Shown: in pieces, positions 32,001-42,040 of the stretch | Numbering within the stretch: the first letter of the stretch is position 1 | Layout of the letters: the number at the start of each line of letters is the position of its first letter | Assembly: GCF_011386835.1 (NCBI RefSeq) | Contig: NC_088800.1 | Span: 84,072,001-84,136,000 of the forward strand | Reading direction: 5' to 3' | Source: Chrysemys picta bellii | Lineage: Eukaryota | DNA length: 64,000 bases | Notes under the pieces: generated by a model | Told to the model about the DNA's origin: nothing | The model's input: only the letters and a program-made list of their open reading frames with translations | Databases searched by the model: none | Translations under genes and position numbers: made by a program

Positions 32001-35000
32001 TCAAGGACCGGAACCTCACTGGGCGCTGCATAAACACAGAGCAAAGAGATGGTCCCTGCCCCAGAGAGCTTCCAAACAAAGCAATATGGACTTCCCTTCT
32101 TCACGACATGATGCTACAGCAAATTAGTTTATTTCCATCCCAGCCGGGATCTGCTAGCCGATATTTTTCAGAATCATAGAAGTTTAGGGTTGGAAGGGAC
32201 CTCAGGCGGTCATCTAGTCCAACCCCCTGCTCAAAGCAGGACCAATTCCCAACTAAATCATCCCAGCCAGGGCTTTGTCAAGCTGGGCCTTAAAAACCTC
32301 TAAGGATGGAGATTCCACCACCTCTCTAGGTAACCCATTCCAGTGCTTCACCACCCTCCTAGTGAAATAGTGTTTCCTAATATCCAATCTAGACCTCCCC
32401 CACTGCAACTTGAGACCATTACTCCTTGTTCTGTCATCTGCTACCACTGAGAACAGTCTAGATCCATCCTCTTTGGAACCCCCTTTCATGTAGTTGAAGG
32501 CTGCTATCAAATCCCCCCTCACTCTTCTCTTCTACAGACTAAATAACCCCAGTTCCCTCAGCCTCTCCTCGTAAGTCATGTGCCCCAGACCCCTAATCAT
32601 TTTCATTGCCCTCCGCTGGACTCTCTCCAATTTGTCCACATTCTTTCTGTAGTGGGGGGACCAAAACTGGGCACAATACTCCAGGTGTGGCCTCACCAGT
32701 GCCTAATAGAGGGGAATAATCACCTCCCTCAGTCAGCTGGCAATGCTCCTACTAATACACCCCAATATGCCGTTGGCCTTCTCAGCAACAAGGGCACACT
32801 GCTGACTCTCATGCAGCTTCTCGTCCACTGTAATCCCCAGGTCCTTTTCTGCAGAACTGCCCCTTAGCCAGTCAGTCCTCAGCCTGTAGCAGTGCATGGG
32901 ATTCTTCCGTCCTAAGTGCAGGACTCTGCACTTGTCCTTGTTGAACCTCATCAGATTTCTTTTGGCCCAATCCTCCAGTTTGTCTAGGTCCCTCTGAACC
33001 CTATTGCTACCCCTCCAGCGTATCTACCTCTCCCCCCAGCTTAGTGTCATCTGCGAACTTGCTGAGGGTGCAATTAATCCCCGTCACTCACCCTTACCGC
33101 CGATAAAAGTGGGGGGCCATGACCCCTGCCTCCCCCATGTTCTGGCACCCCTGCCCCTCCCTTACCTCAATAACTAGATGACTCCAGATGGAAATGGGGC
33201 AACCAAAAGATAAGTTCCCAAAGACAGACATGTAAGAATATTTTCCACGTTCCCCAGCTGCTAATGTCAAAGATGATGCAGGACAATAAGTGACAATTAT
33301 GCTTTGTATTTATAAGGCATTTTTCCTCTTCCTGGCATTTCACCAACAGGACAAATATTAGCAAATTAAGATTTACAAGAGGCGGAAATTATCCCTGTGT
33401 TACACATGGGGAAATTTAGATTAGGAATTGGTAGTTTCTGGCTCGCAGGCCTATGCTCACATCCACCCCAGAGTACATAAAGCCAGCTATGAAGTTTGTC
33501 CACAGGATCTATTTGAACAAAGACAGGCTGCAAAATTTCTGGCACTTTGTTGACTGGCAATGTTCAGATATAGGAGTTTGGTTCAATCCATTCTAAAGGA
33601 AAGGGTCATTTGTAAAATTCAGATCCGCATTTGGATTTCAAACAGTCCCAGAGCAAAGCTTTCCAGCAGAGGCTATCACATGTGGATTTATTACCATGGG
33701 GAAATGCTACCATCTACTGGCTAGTTGTTCAAAATGAGAATCTACTGCAGAGAAACCTGGCAGCAATATGCCAGGGAAGGTTTTTAATGCTGGATCCTAG
33801 CGCCGCCCCCCTTGCAGTGATCCCATAGATTCCCATGCACACTAGAGCAAAGACAGACCTAAATGAATTAGTAGTTGGTCTCCGGGAGCAACTGACAAGC
33901 AGCAGCTGTAATTTTTAGCTTCCTCACTGTTCCCCCAGCCACAGCAGTGGGTTACACAGCAGGAAAAAACAAAGACATTAAGAGTGTGCGTAGTGGGAGC
34001 ATGGACCGAATCCTTCCTTGGTTACACCCCTACAATCTCATGCACATTCAACCCAGGGCAAGCAAAGGACTCTCTCTGGTCCCTGTTCTCACATTGACTC
34101 ACTGCAGGTCTCTGGGCACATCACTTCCCAGCTCTGTCCTTCACCATCACCCTCAGTAAAACAGGGATCCCAACACCGACCTCCCTGCCAAGGCGCAGGA
34201 CATGTCATTCAATCACGCGTGTAAAGAGCTTTGAGATCCGGGGGGGCGTTAAGCGAGGCAAGAGCAACAACATTAATAATAAACCTCCAGTCTTGTACCT
34301 TTAACTCCTCGTTGTGAGTCACCTTGTGCGTCAAGGCTCCAATCCGCTCATCCGCCCCATACACCTGCAGCTCTGGATACACCTTCGCCAGTTCTTCGTT
34401 TCCTCGGGCATGGTCCCTTCACAGACAGGGAGTGAGATTAGCGTCTCCGCACATCACTCAGCATTTACTGATACCCCAGAGGAAAGAGAAGGGCTAAAAC
34501 GAGTCTCGGGCTCCTGCCTCAATGTTACCCTAGTACTGCGGGGACAGCCCTGGTGTATGTTGCGACACGAAAAATACCGTGACTCAAGATTTCGGAGCAT
34601 GAAAAAGGGCCACCTGACATTCTGAAAAAGGACACAACTTCTCCATATGTGAGCCCAGCAGCCCAATAGAACTGTTCTGCATTCAGGGCCAGATCCTGGG
34701 GAGTGCTGAGAGCGCTCTGCTTCCACCTCGCAGGATCGGGTCCCTTGATATTGCACAGATCACAGTGTGTGGCTGTCACGTCTTACGAGCAGGGATTTCT
34801 GCATAGATCCTCATGCACTCTGATGAGAATACTAAGAACATAAGAATGGCCACACTGGCTCAGACCAAAGGTCCATCGATCTAGCCCAGTGTCTCATCTC
34901 CCGACATTGGCCAATGCCAGGTGCTTCAGAGGGAATGAACAGAACAGGGCAATTATCAAATGATCCATCCCATCGTCCAGTCCTAGCTTTTGGCAGTTCA

Positions 35001-38000
35001 GAGGTTTAGGGCACCTGGAGCATGGGGTTGCGTCCCCAGCCATCTTGGCTAATAGCCATTGACAGACCTATCCTTCACAACAAGTTCCATAGGTTGGCTG
35101 TGTGTTGTGTGAAGAAGTACTTCACTGTGTGTTTTAAACCAGCTGCCTGTTAATTTCATCCGGTGACCCCTGGTTCTTGTGTTACACAAAGGGGTAAACG
35201 ACACTTCCTTAGTCACTGTCTCCCATCATTCATGATTTTATAGACCTCTATCATATCCCCCCCCCTTAGTCATCTCTTTTCTAAGATGAACAGCCGCAGA
35301 CTTTTTAATCTCTCCTCATATGGAAGCTGTTCCATATCCGTAATCATATTTCTTGCCCTTCTCTGTACCTTTTCCATGTCTAACATACAGTAATGTACCC
35401 CTTTACTCTCCACAGCACTTACCAATGGTGATGGGTGGTAAGAATCGCTTTAAGGGTAACGCCTTCTTTTCTGACAATTTCTAGTAACTAAAATGGGGAG
35501 GAAAAAGTCACGTCAAGGAGCATAGTTTTAAAAAAGATTCCAGCTACTAATCTGTGTCAGGAAATTAATCATTAAAGACCCTAAAGACAATCTTGAAAGC
35601 CTTGTTGCTCTCTGAAACATGACTCTGCAAAGCTAGCCTCTCGCAGGGTCTCCCAGTGACTTCAGATTATGTGTGAACAGATCACATTTCAAGAGGCAGC
35701 CCTGCAAACTCACCCTGCGATCGGAATAATACCTGGTGACGGAAAGGCAGCGTAAAAAACATCTGACACACAAAAAGCCACATGTACAAGAAACAAGGTG
35801 CTGCCTCTTGGGATGGATTTTCATGCAACATAGTATTAAATGTTGTCAAATGCTCTTTAATTTATAAATCAGAACCCAGCGTCAGTAGGGGAGTTAAGTG
35901 ATGGATATTTTTGTTATAAGAAAGAGGTAAGCAGAACAGTAGGTCTCTACCTGGCATTTTGAACGTGAGCAAAGAATACTATATCCAGCTCCTGACTGCC
36001 CCCCTCCTAGGAATAAAAAGCCCTTAGTGCATCATGTATCTTCCCATAAACTCTTTCAAGATGTCTTATAGCAAATGTCACAAACTCAGCCCATTTCTGG
36101 TAGGATCTTTAAGCACGATGCCTTCGGGAGTTCCCTAGAACACAGGGGAATCCACTCGGTGATCCCGGACAGATCAGATCGGGGTAACTCACTATACCAC
36201 TGGAAATCCAACTGCAAATACGCCCCTAATTCGAATCCCCCCTCCCAAATATTCCCAGCATTGATATTGGCAGGGATTCCTAACGATCGGGAGATTGTGA
36301 TATTGGCTTCCACTTATGCAAATTGGGCCATAAAGCGCTATTGAACAAGTGTGTTCCCAAAATGTATGCATGACATTTGCATGTGCAATCACCATGACTG
36401 CTCGTGCAATCACAGCACTTCCAGGCACAAATTATGTGCCTGCCTTTTCACATCTGCAAATATGAAAGTCTGGCCTTTGGTTATTTGCATCATTTCGGTC
36501 TGATTAAGAGGCAAACTGTGATCAAAAAGGATGCAGGGCACAAGAAGGGTGCAAGGGGCAACCCAACTGCAGAAGAGAAAAGACTGCCCGGAGGCAGCGA
36601 TGCTATCAGCATGACCACCCCAAAGGTGACGAGGAGGTGAGGCATAGCCCCACTGTCTCCCACCCCAGCCAGCCAGCTCTGGAGAGGAATGCACCTACAC
36701 CCCTTTCAGGGATATAGCAGCAGCCATACTCCCCCACCCTCCCTGGAGGCATCATGCTTCCAGAGCCGATCAGAAATGGAGACAGATCCTCCTCCCTGCC
36801 CAGTGACTGTATTTGATGGCCAGGTTGGCAGTGGATGAAGTCAGTCAGGTGCAAGCTGTGTTGCTATAAACAGATGCTTTTTTCCATGCTGCTAAGTCCA
36901 GTAGCTCCAACCTGCTGCACCATGATTAGCTGCCAGTCCCAAGGGCAGCTAAAGCAGGGAGAGTTGAGCGCAAGACTAACCCCTAGCAAAAAAAAAACCC
37001 CAGAACTCTTCACTGGTTATAGAAACAGAACCAGGCTGCCACTCCGGTGAAAAGGAACCCTAGCAACCCCTCATGCTGCATGAAGCCTCCTGGAAGCTTG
37101 ATGCTATTAGCAAGAAAACACTTCAGAGTTGGCAAGTGGAATGCAATCGCATGGATCATGAGGGAGATGGACAACTATAGACGCGAAATCCTGGGCATCA
37201 GTGAGAGAGGAGTGATAGGTGTGGATAAGAAGTGCGTAGAGCAAGAGGAGACACTTCTCCTTTGCCTAGGGCACAGCAACATCACCACACAGGGAGCAGC
37301 GCTCAATACAACAGATTCTGTGGGGGGGAAAAATCATTCACCAACTACAGTCTATTAACCAATGCAATGTAGACGCCAAACTCCAAACCAGAGGCCTAAA
37401 GATATCAATCAGTGCTCCGCTCCAACAGAGGAACACAGCGATGACGATAAAGAGAAGTTCTACAATTGCCTCTGATGTGTGATCGACAGAATACCTAAAC
37501 GCGACTTTAATGCTAGAGTAGGATGTGATAACCAAGGTATGGAAAGAGCAACAGGGAAGCTGGGAACCCTTAACCAAAATGGCAAGAGACTCATTGAATT
37601 GTGTTTGGTCACCAACCTGGGTCTTGCAAGTAGCCTGGTCCCTCACAAAGACATAGATGAAGACACGTGGAATTTGTCAGATGGCAAAACGAAAAATCAG
37701 ATCGCCCACAACTGCATTAGCCGAAGATGCAGGTAATCTGTCCAAGACCTAAGGGCATACTGAGCAGCAGATGCTCACAGCAACCACAATCTTTGCATTG
37801 CTAAACCGAAATTAAAACAGAGGAAGATCAACTTTAAACAGAAAGTGGTAAAGAAAATCAACAGTACAAAACTGAAAACAAAGAGTCCCATGAGAAATTC
37901 CAGCGTGAACTAAGGAACAGATTGCAGGCACTGACAGAGGCAGAAAAGGTGATACACAGAAAGGGCCTGAAGAAAAATGGGCAGCACTCAGAGACAATGT

Positions 38001-40642
38001 GATTCGAGCTGTTCCAGTCACAGTCAGATAGCAACACAGACAGAGCAAGAACTGGATAAGCCAAGAGACGTGGTGTCTCAGCAAGGAAAGAAAAATAACC
38101 GAAGGAAAACTCCTGAATTCTAAGACAAACAAACTATTGGAAAACGTAAAGGAGGAGTATAAGAAAGCAGACAAAGCAGTGAAAAGCAGCTGAATGAGAG
38201 CGAAACGGAGATACGTTGAAGACCTAGCAGCAGAAGCTGCTGCTATGATGGGAAACCACAGAGCCCACTTACCAAGTGACTAAAACCCTGTGTGGAAATT
38301 TCAAAACAGGACATGGGCCAATAAAAAGCAAAGACAAAAGAAAGCTTACAACTGAGGTAGAACTGAAAAGCAGATAGACCCAGCTCCACTTCAGCATCCG
38401 ATGTTGATGAAATACATGGACCTGATCAACTTGACTTTAACATCAGTCACTAGAGAAATATCAGAAGTGGAGGCTGCAATCACAAAGCTGAAAAGTAACA
38501 AAGCCGCAAGAGATGATCAAATTCCAGCAGAAATGCTAAACGTAGTTGATACCACCATCCTAACGAAACTGACAGAGCTGTTCAACCAAGTTTGGGGAAA
38601 AAAGACCCCTCCTGGCCAGTGGAAACATGGAATCATTGTCAGAATACCCAAAAAGGGTGATCCTACTGATTGTAGCAACTGGAGAGGAGTTGTAGGGAAA
38701 GCCTTCTGCAGTATGAAACTTTCATCACACAGGATGAAAGAGGCCGTGGATGCAAAGATTAGGGAAGGCCAGGCTGGATTCAGGCCCAAGAGATCCTGTG
38801 TAGATCAGATATTCACACTAAGGACCACCATAGAGGAATATGTAGAATGGCAATCTCCCCTCTTCGTCAATTACATTGATTTTCAAAAGCCTGCACAAGA
38901 CTGTGGAATATTCTTCCATCCTACAGAATCCCAGCTGAAGCTGTCAAGATCATCAAGGAAGCGATTTCCCTTGGTACTTGCAGTATTTATCCCTTTAGTG
39001 TAAAGAACGCAGCACACAATGTGGAGCTGTATCAGAGACCCAGACCCTCCAATGAACTCAGCCTGGGTGGAGCTCTGTACTACTGGGGTTCTGCATTGGA
39101 GCAAGGATCAGCCCACCTGGAGCTCAATGCAGAATGGAGGCTTCTGTTATCAGAGGGTGCATCTGCACGGCTACAAAAGACCTGTGGCACAGCCACCCTG
39201 ACTCAGCTGACTTGGGTTAGCAGGGCTCTGGCTGCGGGGCTAAAAATTGCAATGTAGATGTCCAGACTTGGGCTGGAGCCCGGGCTCGGAGACCCTACGA
39301 GGGGGGAGGGTCCCAGAGCCCAGGCTCCAGCCTGAGCCCAAACGTCTACTCTGCAATTTTTAGTCCCACAGCCCAAGCCAATTGACCCAGGCTCTGACAC
39401 TTGGTGCCCCAGGTTTTTTATTACCATGTTGATAAGAATGGATCCCCAACATTTCCATCTCGTCATTAATGCTGCTTGTTTCCTTTTGTGCCTCAAAAGC
39501 TCACAAATCACAAGTCAGGCCTCAAAAATCATGAGATGATTTTTAAAAATGGATCCTTTTTAAGCCAATTAAAAACAATTAATAATTTAAAAACTAATTT
39601 GGGATTTTTCTCTTTGCCTCCTGGTTTGTGAGACTCTAGGGTCATTTTTTCAAGCTCTTCCCCAAACCATGAAGAGGACTAGAAGCTTTCATTTAAAAAA
39701 CAATTAAGCTGAAATTCTCATATAATGATATGACTCCAGCAGCATCACTCCAAAAACCTAGTCTTGCCAGGCCCATAATAAAAATCACCAGAGTTGGCAA
39801 CACTGCATTTTGGATAATGAAACAGGCCAGTTTCACATTTGTTTCTAGTCAGTTTCATTTTCTGTCCTCTCCACTAGCACAAGACTGTTTTTGTGTTTGG
39901 GTGTCCAGCACTGCAAGGCAAAGTGTGAATCAAGAAAAACAAAACAAAAACATTTTCACTACAATTTAAAAAAAATAATAATAATTTAAGGCACTTCTGT
40001 TTGTTTTAGGTTGTGTAACACCTTTTTTGAGCTTTTCCCCTAAAAACAATATAAATTTTGGGCCTACGCCATAGTCCAATGTCATTTTACAACACACAGT
40101 TGCAGTCCCAGAGTCCATCCTGCAGACCCTCACTGAGTAACTTTTAAACCTGCAAACAAACAGAGAAGCATTTACAAGATTGGGCCTCGTTTGTACAGCA
40201 CCTGGCACAACGGGACCCAATGAGACTGGGAACTTTAGACACTATCGCGATATACACGTTTAATAAATACAATTGTTTCTTGTTTTTCCTGATCATAACT
40301 TTCCACTGAGCTCAGCCCTGATGCAGACATCCCACCTGGACTAACTAACTCCTATAGCTCTTATTTTGTGTGTCACTATGTGCTCCTAGTGGAAGCGAAA
40401 TTAACACAACTCTAACCATTCCCAGAGCTCTAGATTCCTTCCTTTAGTATCTACAAACAAGCCAGCCTGCTCTGAACAACGATCTTGAGCCAGGACCAGA
40501 TGTCCTTTAATTTCAAGGCTTTAAGTAGCAAAATTACCCTCTTGGGAACAGCTGCGTCCACTACAACTGCTTCCTTGGTGTTTTCTTCAATGACCAAGTA
40601 CATGTAGTTATCTTCCAAGACTGAAATCACTTTGACCTTCAT
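28841..40642 (-). CDS. HAGHL: Hydroxyacylglutathione hydrolase-like protein, 282 aa; complement join(40538..40642,35423..35487,34299..34416,31808..31916,31127..31230,29918..30019,29609..29688,28841..29006)
   Basis: 849 nt = 282 aa + stop. Start [27 protein letters not shown] motif, C-terminal extension [10 protein letters not shown] typical of HAGHL. Tail-to-tail with CIAO3 as in human. Confidence 0.95.
29609..29688 (-). CDS. HAGHL: HAGHL coding exon 7 ([14 protein letters not shown]...YNPFLRVS)
   Basis: CCCCAG|CTC and CTC|GTGAGT; 80 nt. Confidence 0.95.
29918..30019 (-). CDS. HAGHL: HAGHL coding exon 6 (KVFCGHEYT...LAWAK)
   Basis: TTGCAG|AAA and AAA|GTAGGT; 102 nt. Confidence 0.95.
31127..31230 (-). 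CDS. HAGHL: HAGHL coding exon 5 ([14 protein letters not shown]...LPKDT)
   Basis: CGCAG|GT and ACT|GTGAGT; 104 nt. Confidence 0.95.
31808..31916 (-). CDS. HAGHL: HAGHL coding exon 4 ([18 protein letters not shown]...ALFSG)
   Basis: CTGCAG|TTC and CAG|GTATTC; 109 nt. Confidence 0.95.
32169..33075 (-). mobile_element. CR1 LINE, 5'-truncated
   Basis: Same CR1 ORF2 peptides on the minus strand (ORFs 32253..32522, 32733..32951); CATAGAAT-type tail at the left end. Confidence 0.95.
34299..34416 (-). CDS. HAGHL: HAGHL coding exon 3 (DHARGNEEL...THNEELK)
   Basis: GTGAAG|G and AAG|GTACAA; 118 nt. Confidence 0.93.
34833..35385 (-). mobile_element. Older CR1-family LINE 3' fragment
   Basis: Begins TAAGAACATAAGAATGGCC..CAGACCAAAGGTCC..CTAGCCCAGT; related to the copy at 4395-4740. 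Confidence 0.7.
35423..35487 (-). CDS. HAGHL: HAGHL coding exon 2 ([22 protein letters not shown])
   Basis: ATTTTAG|TTA and TTG|GTAAGT; 65 nt. Confidence 0.95.
36740..38990 (+). mobile_element. RTE-clade non-LTR retrotransposon (SR3/Perere-3-like), decayed; keeps 5' UTR, AP endonuclease and the N-terminal part of RT
   Basis: Fragments [92 protein letters not shown], with stops and frameshifts. Confidence 0.9.
36897..36970 (+). ncRNA. Degenerate twister-like (type P1) ribozyme relic in an RTE 5' UTR
   Basis: Ordered blocks UAG-CUCC, CCU-[GCUG/UAGC]-UGCC, AGUCCCAAG, UAAAG.AGG.AG.GUUG parallel the twister P1 consensus as recalled. Confidence 0.5.
39150..39420. mobile_element. PIF/Harbinger-like MITE (same family as 3062)
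   Basis: Shares GGGCTC..GAGACCCT, CCCAGGCTCCAGCC, CCCACAGCCCAAG, CAGGCTCTGA blocks. Confidence 0.6.
40538..40642 (-). CDS. HAGHL: HAGHL coding exon 1 (MKVKVISV...AAVPKR)
   Basis: ATG at 40642; donor AGG|GTAATT; upstream acceptors at 40673 and 40660. Confidence 0.95.
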
Positions 40643-41689
40643 AGTCCCAGGGTTGTGAAGCTACACAGGTGAGCTGTAAGGGAAATTACATTATTTTAGA
40701 ACCATCCCATACGATTAAAAAAAAAATCAATCCAGCAGCATCAGAAATATTTAGAACAAGGTCCCGGGCAGAGAGCACCACCATAACAGCTCCAAGTCCC
40801 AACCCTCCTGCGTCTATTTGCACAGACTCCACCTGTGGCAAACAAGCCCAGGGCCGTGACTTACTGGAACAGGTGCAACTCTACTATGAAAAACAGCCTT
40901 TCGCCTCTTGGCCTGCTCTCCTCTCCTCGCCTAGTCAGAAGTAAATCCACAACACTGTGGCAACACAAGCCCAGCCTCAATGCACTAGCTAACAGTTCCC
41001 ATTAAGCGCATCTCATGTTTAATTCACTGGTTTAGCTCCAATTTGGGCTTTCTGGGGATTGTGAACATCCAAACTGCTGCACACAAATGCCTCAGGACTC
41101 AGAAAACTGTTCAGCGTGGAAGGATCAGTCTAGTTTGGTTGAAGGCAGGGGGAGTCAGAGGGAGGCCAGGGGCCAAAGCCGGACTGCCAGATGCTTTTGA
41201 ATGGACCCTGAAATCTTTTTATTTACTTACTATCATTACTTGGGGGGGGGGGGGTAATTATTTTCTCTGGGGTCTGGACCTTGACCAAGAAATTTGGACT
41301 TTGACAAAAACTCATTGGCTACACCTGGTTGAAGGTCTCAGTTTAGAGCTGAGAGTTGCAGCCACTCCTAATACCCCTGTTCCCAGAAGGGGACCCGGGC
41401 GAGCTGGAAATGAGTTCCCAGAATCCAGGGTGGGAGAATTAATTATCACATGGCAGCCCCCAGCCCACGCGCAAAGCATCCCCTCCGTGTGAACCCCCCA
41501 CCCCACACACCCCCAAACCCAGGTGCAAATCGCCCCCCACCAATGTGAAAATCCCCAGGGCCCCCACATGCCGACCACCTCCTCCACCCATGTGCAAATT
41601 AATCAGCTGTCTGCTAGTGTCATCCCCCCTGCCCAGGTGCACCCCCTTTCACACGCGTGTGCAACAATCACCCGGACCCCCCCCCCCGT

Positions 41690-42040
41690 GCAAACCCAGC
41701 CCGGCTGCGGGTGCTCGCTGCAGCCCCGGCCCCAGAGCCCGCAGCGCCCAGGGGTTCGGTACCTGCTCGGGGCGGGGAGCTCCCTGGTCCGGGGTCCGGG
41801 ACAGGCTGCGGGGCCCGGGAGGGCCCGGGCGGCGGCTCGGAGCGTAGCCCTGTCACTGTGCGCCAGGGCCCGCCCCCAGGGCCCGGAGCCAGCGAGCCGC
41901 CCCGGCCGCCTCCATCCCCGGCCCTCCCCGGGTCCCACCCCCCGGCCCGGGGATCAGGGCCCCGGAGCCCCGCGGTTCTGCCCCTCACCTGCACTCCGCC
42001 GCCCGTTCCCCTGCGCTGCCCGGGCACAACGTGCATGACA
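41690..42040. promoter_or_regulatory. CpG-island promoter of HAGHL
   Basis: Very GC/CpG-rich tract about 1.1-1.4 kb upstream of the HAGHL ATG; contains GC boxes and splice donors. Confidence 0.75.
41989..42040 (-). other. HAGHL: Probable first (5' UTR) exon of HAGHL
   Basis: Strong donor CAG|GTGAGG at 41988 inside a CpG island; 5' boundary unknown; a second candidate donor CAG|GTACCG at 41762. Confidence 0.55.

Noticed and set aside
34820-34827. CUGAUGAG as a second hammerhead core
   Set aside because: No stem II and no downstream GAAA box
36075-36344. Overlapping sense/antisense ORFs (89 and 75 aa) in HAGHL intron
   Set aside because: No recognisable family; lengths are compatible with chance. 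The adjoining motif cluster is better read as non-coding.
36676-36768. HDV-like ribozyme at the RTE 5' boundary (GCUCUGGAG pairs with UUCCAGAGC)
   Set aside because: No L3/P3 in the right place and no GG for P1.1; the 3' strand is taken up by a local CUGGAGGCA/UGCUUCCAG hairpin
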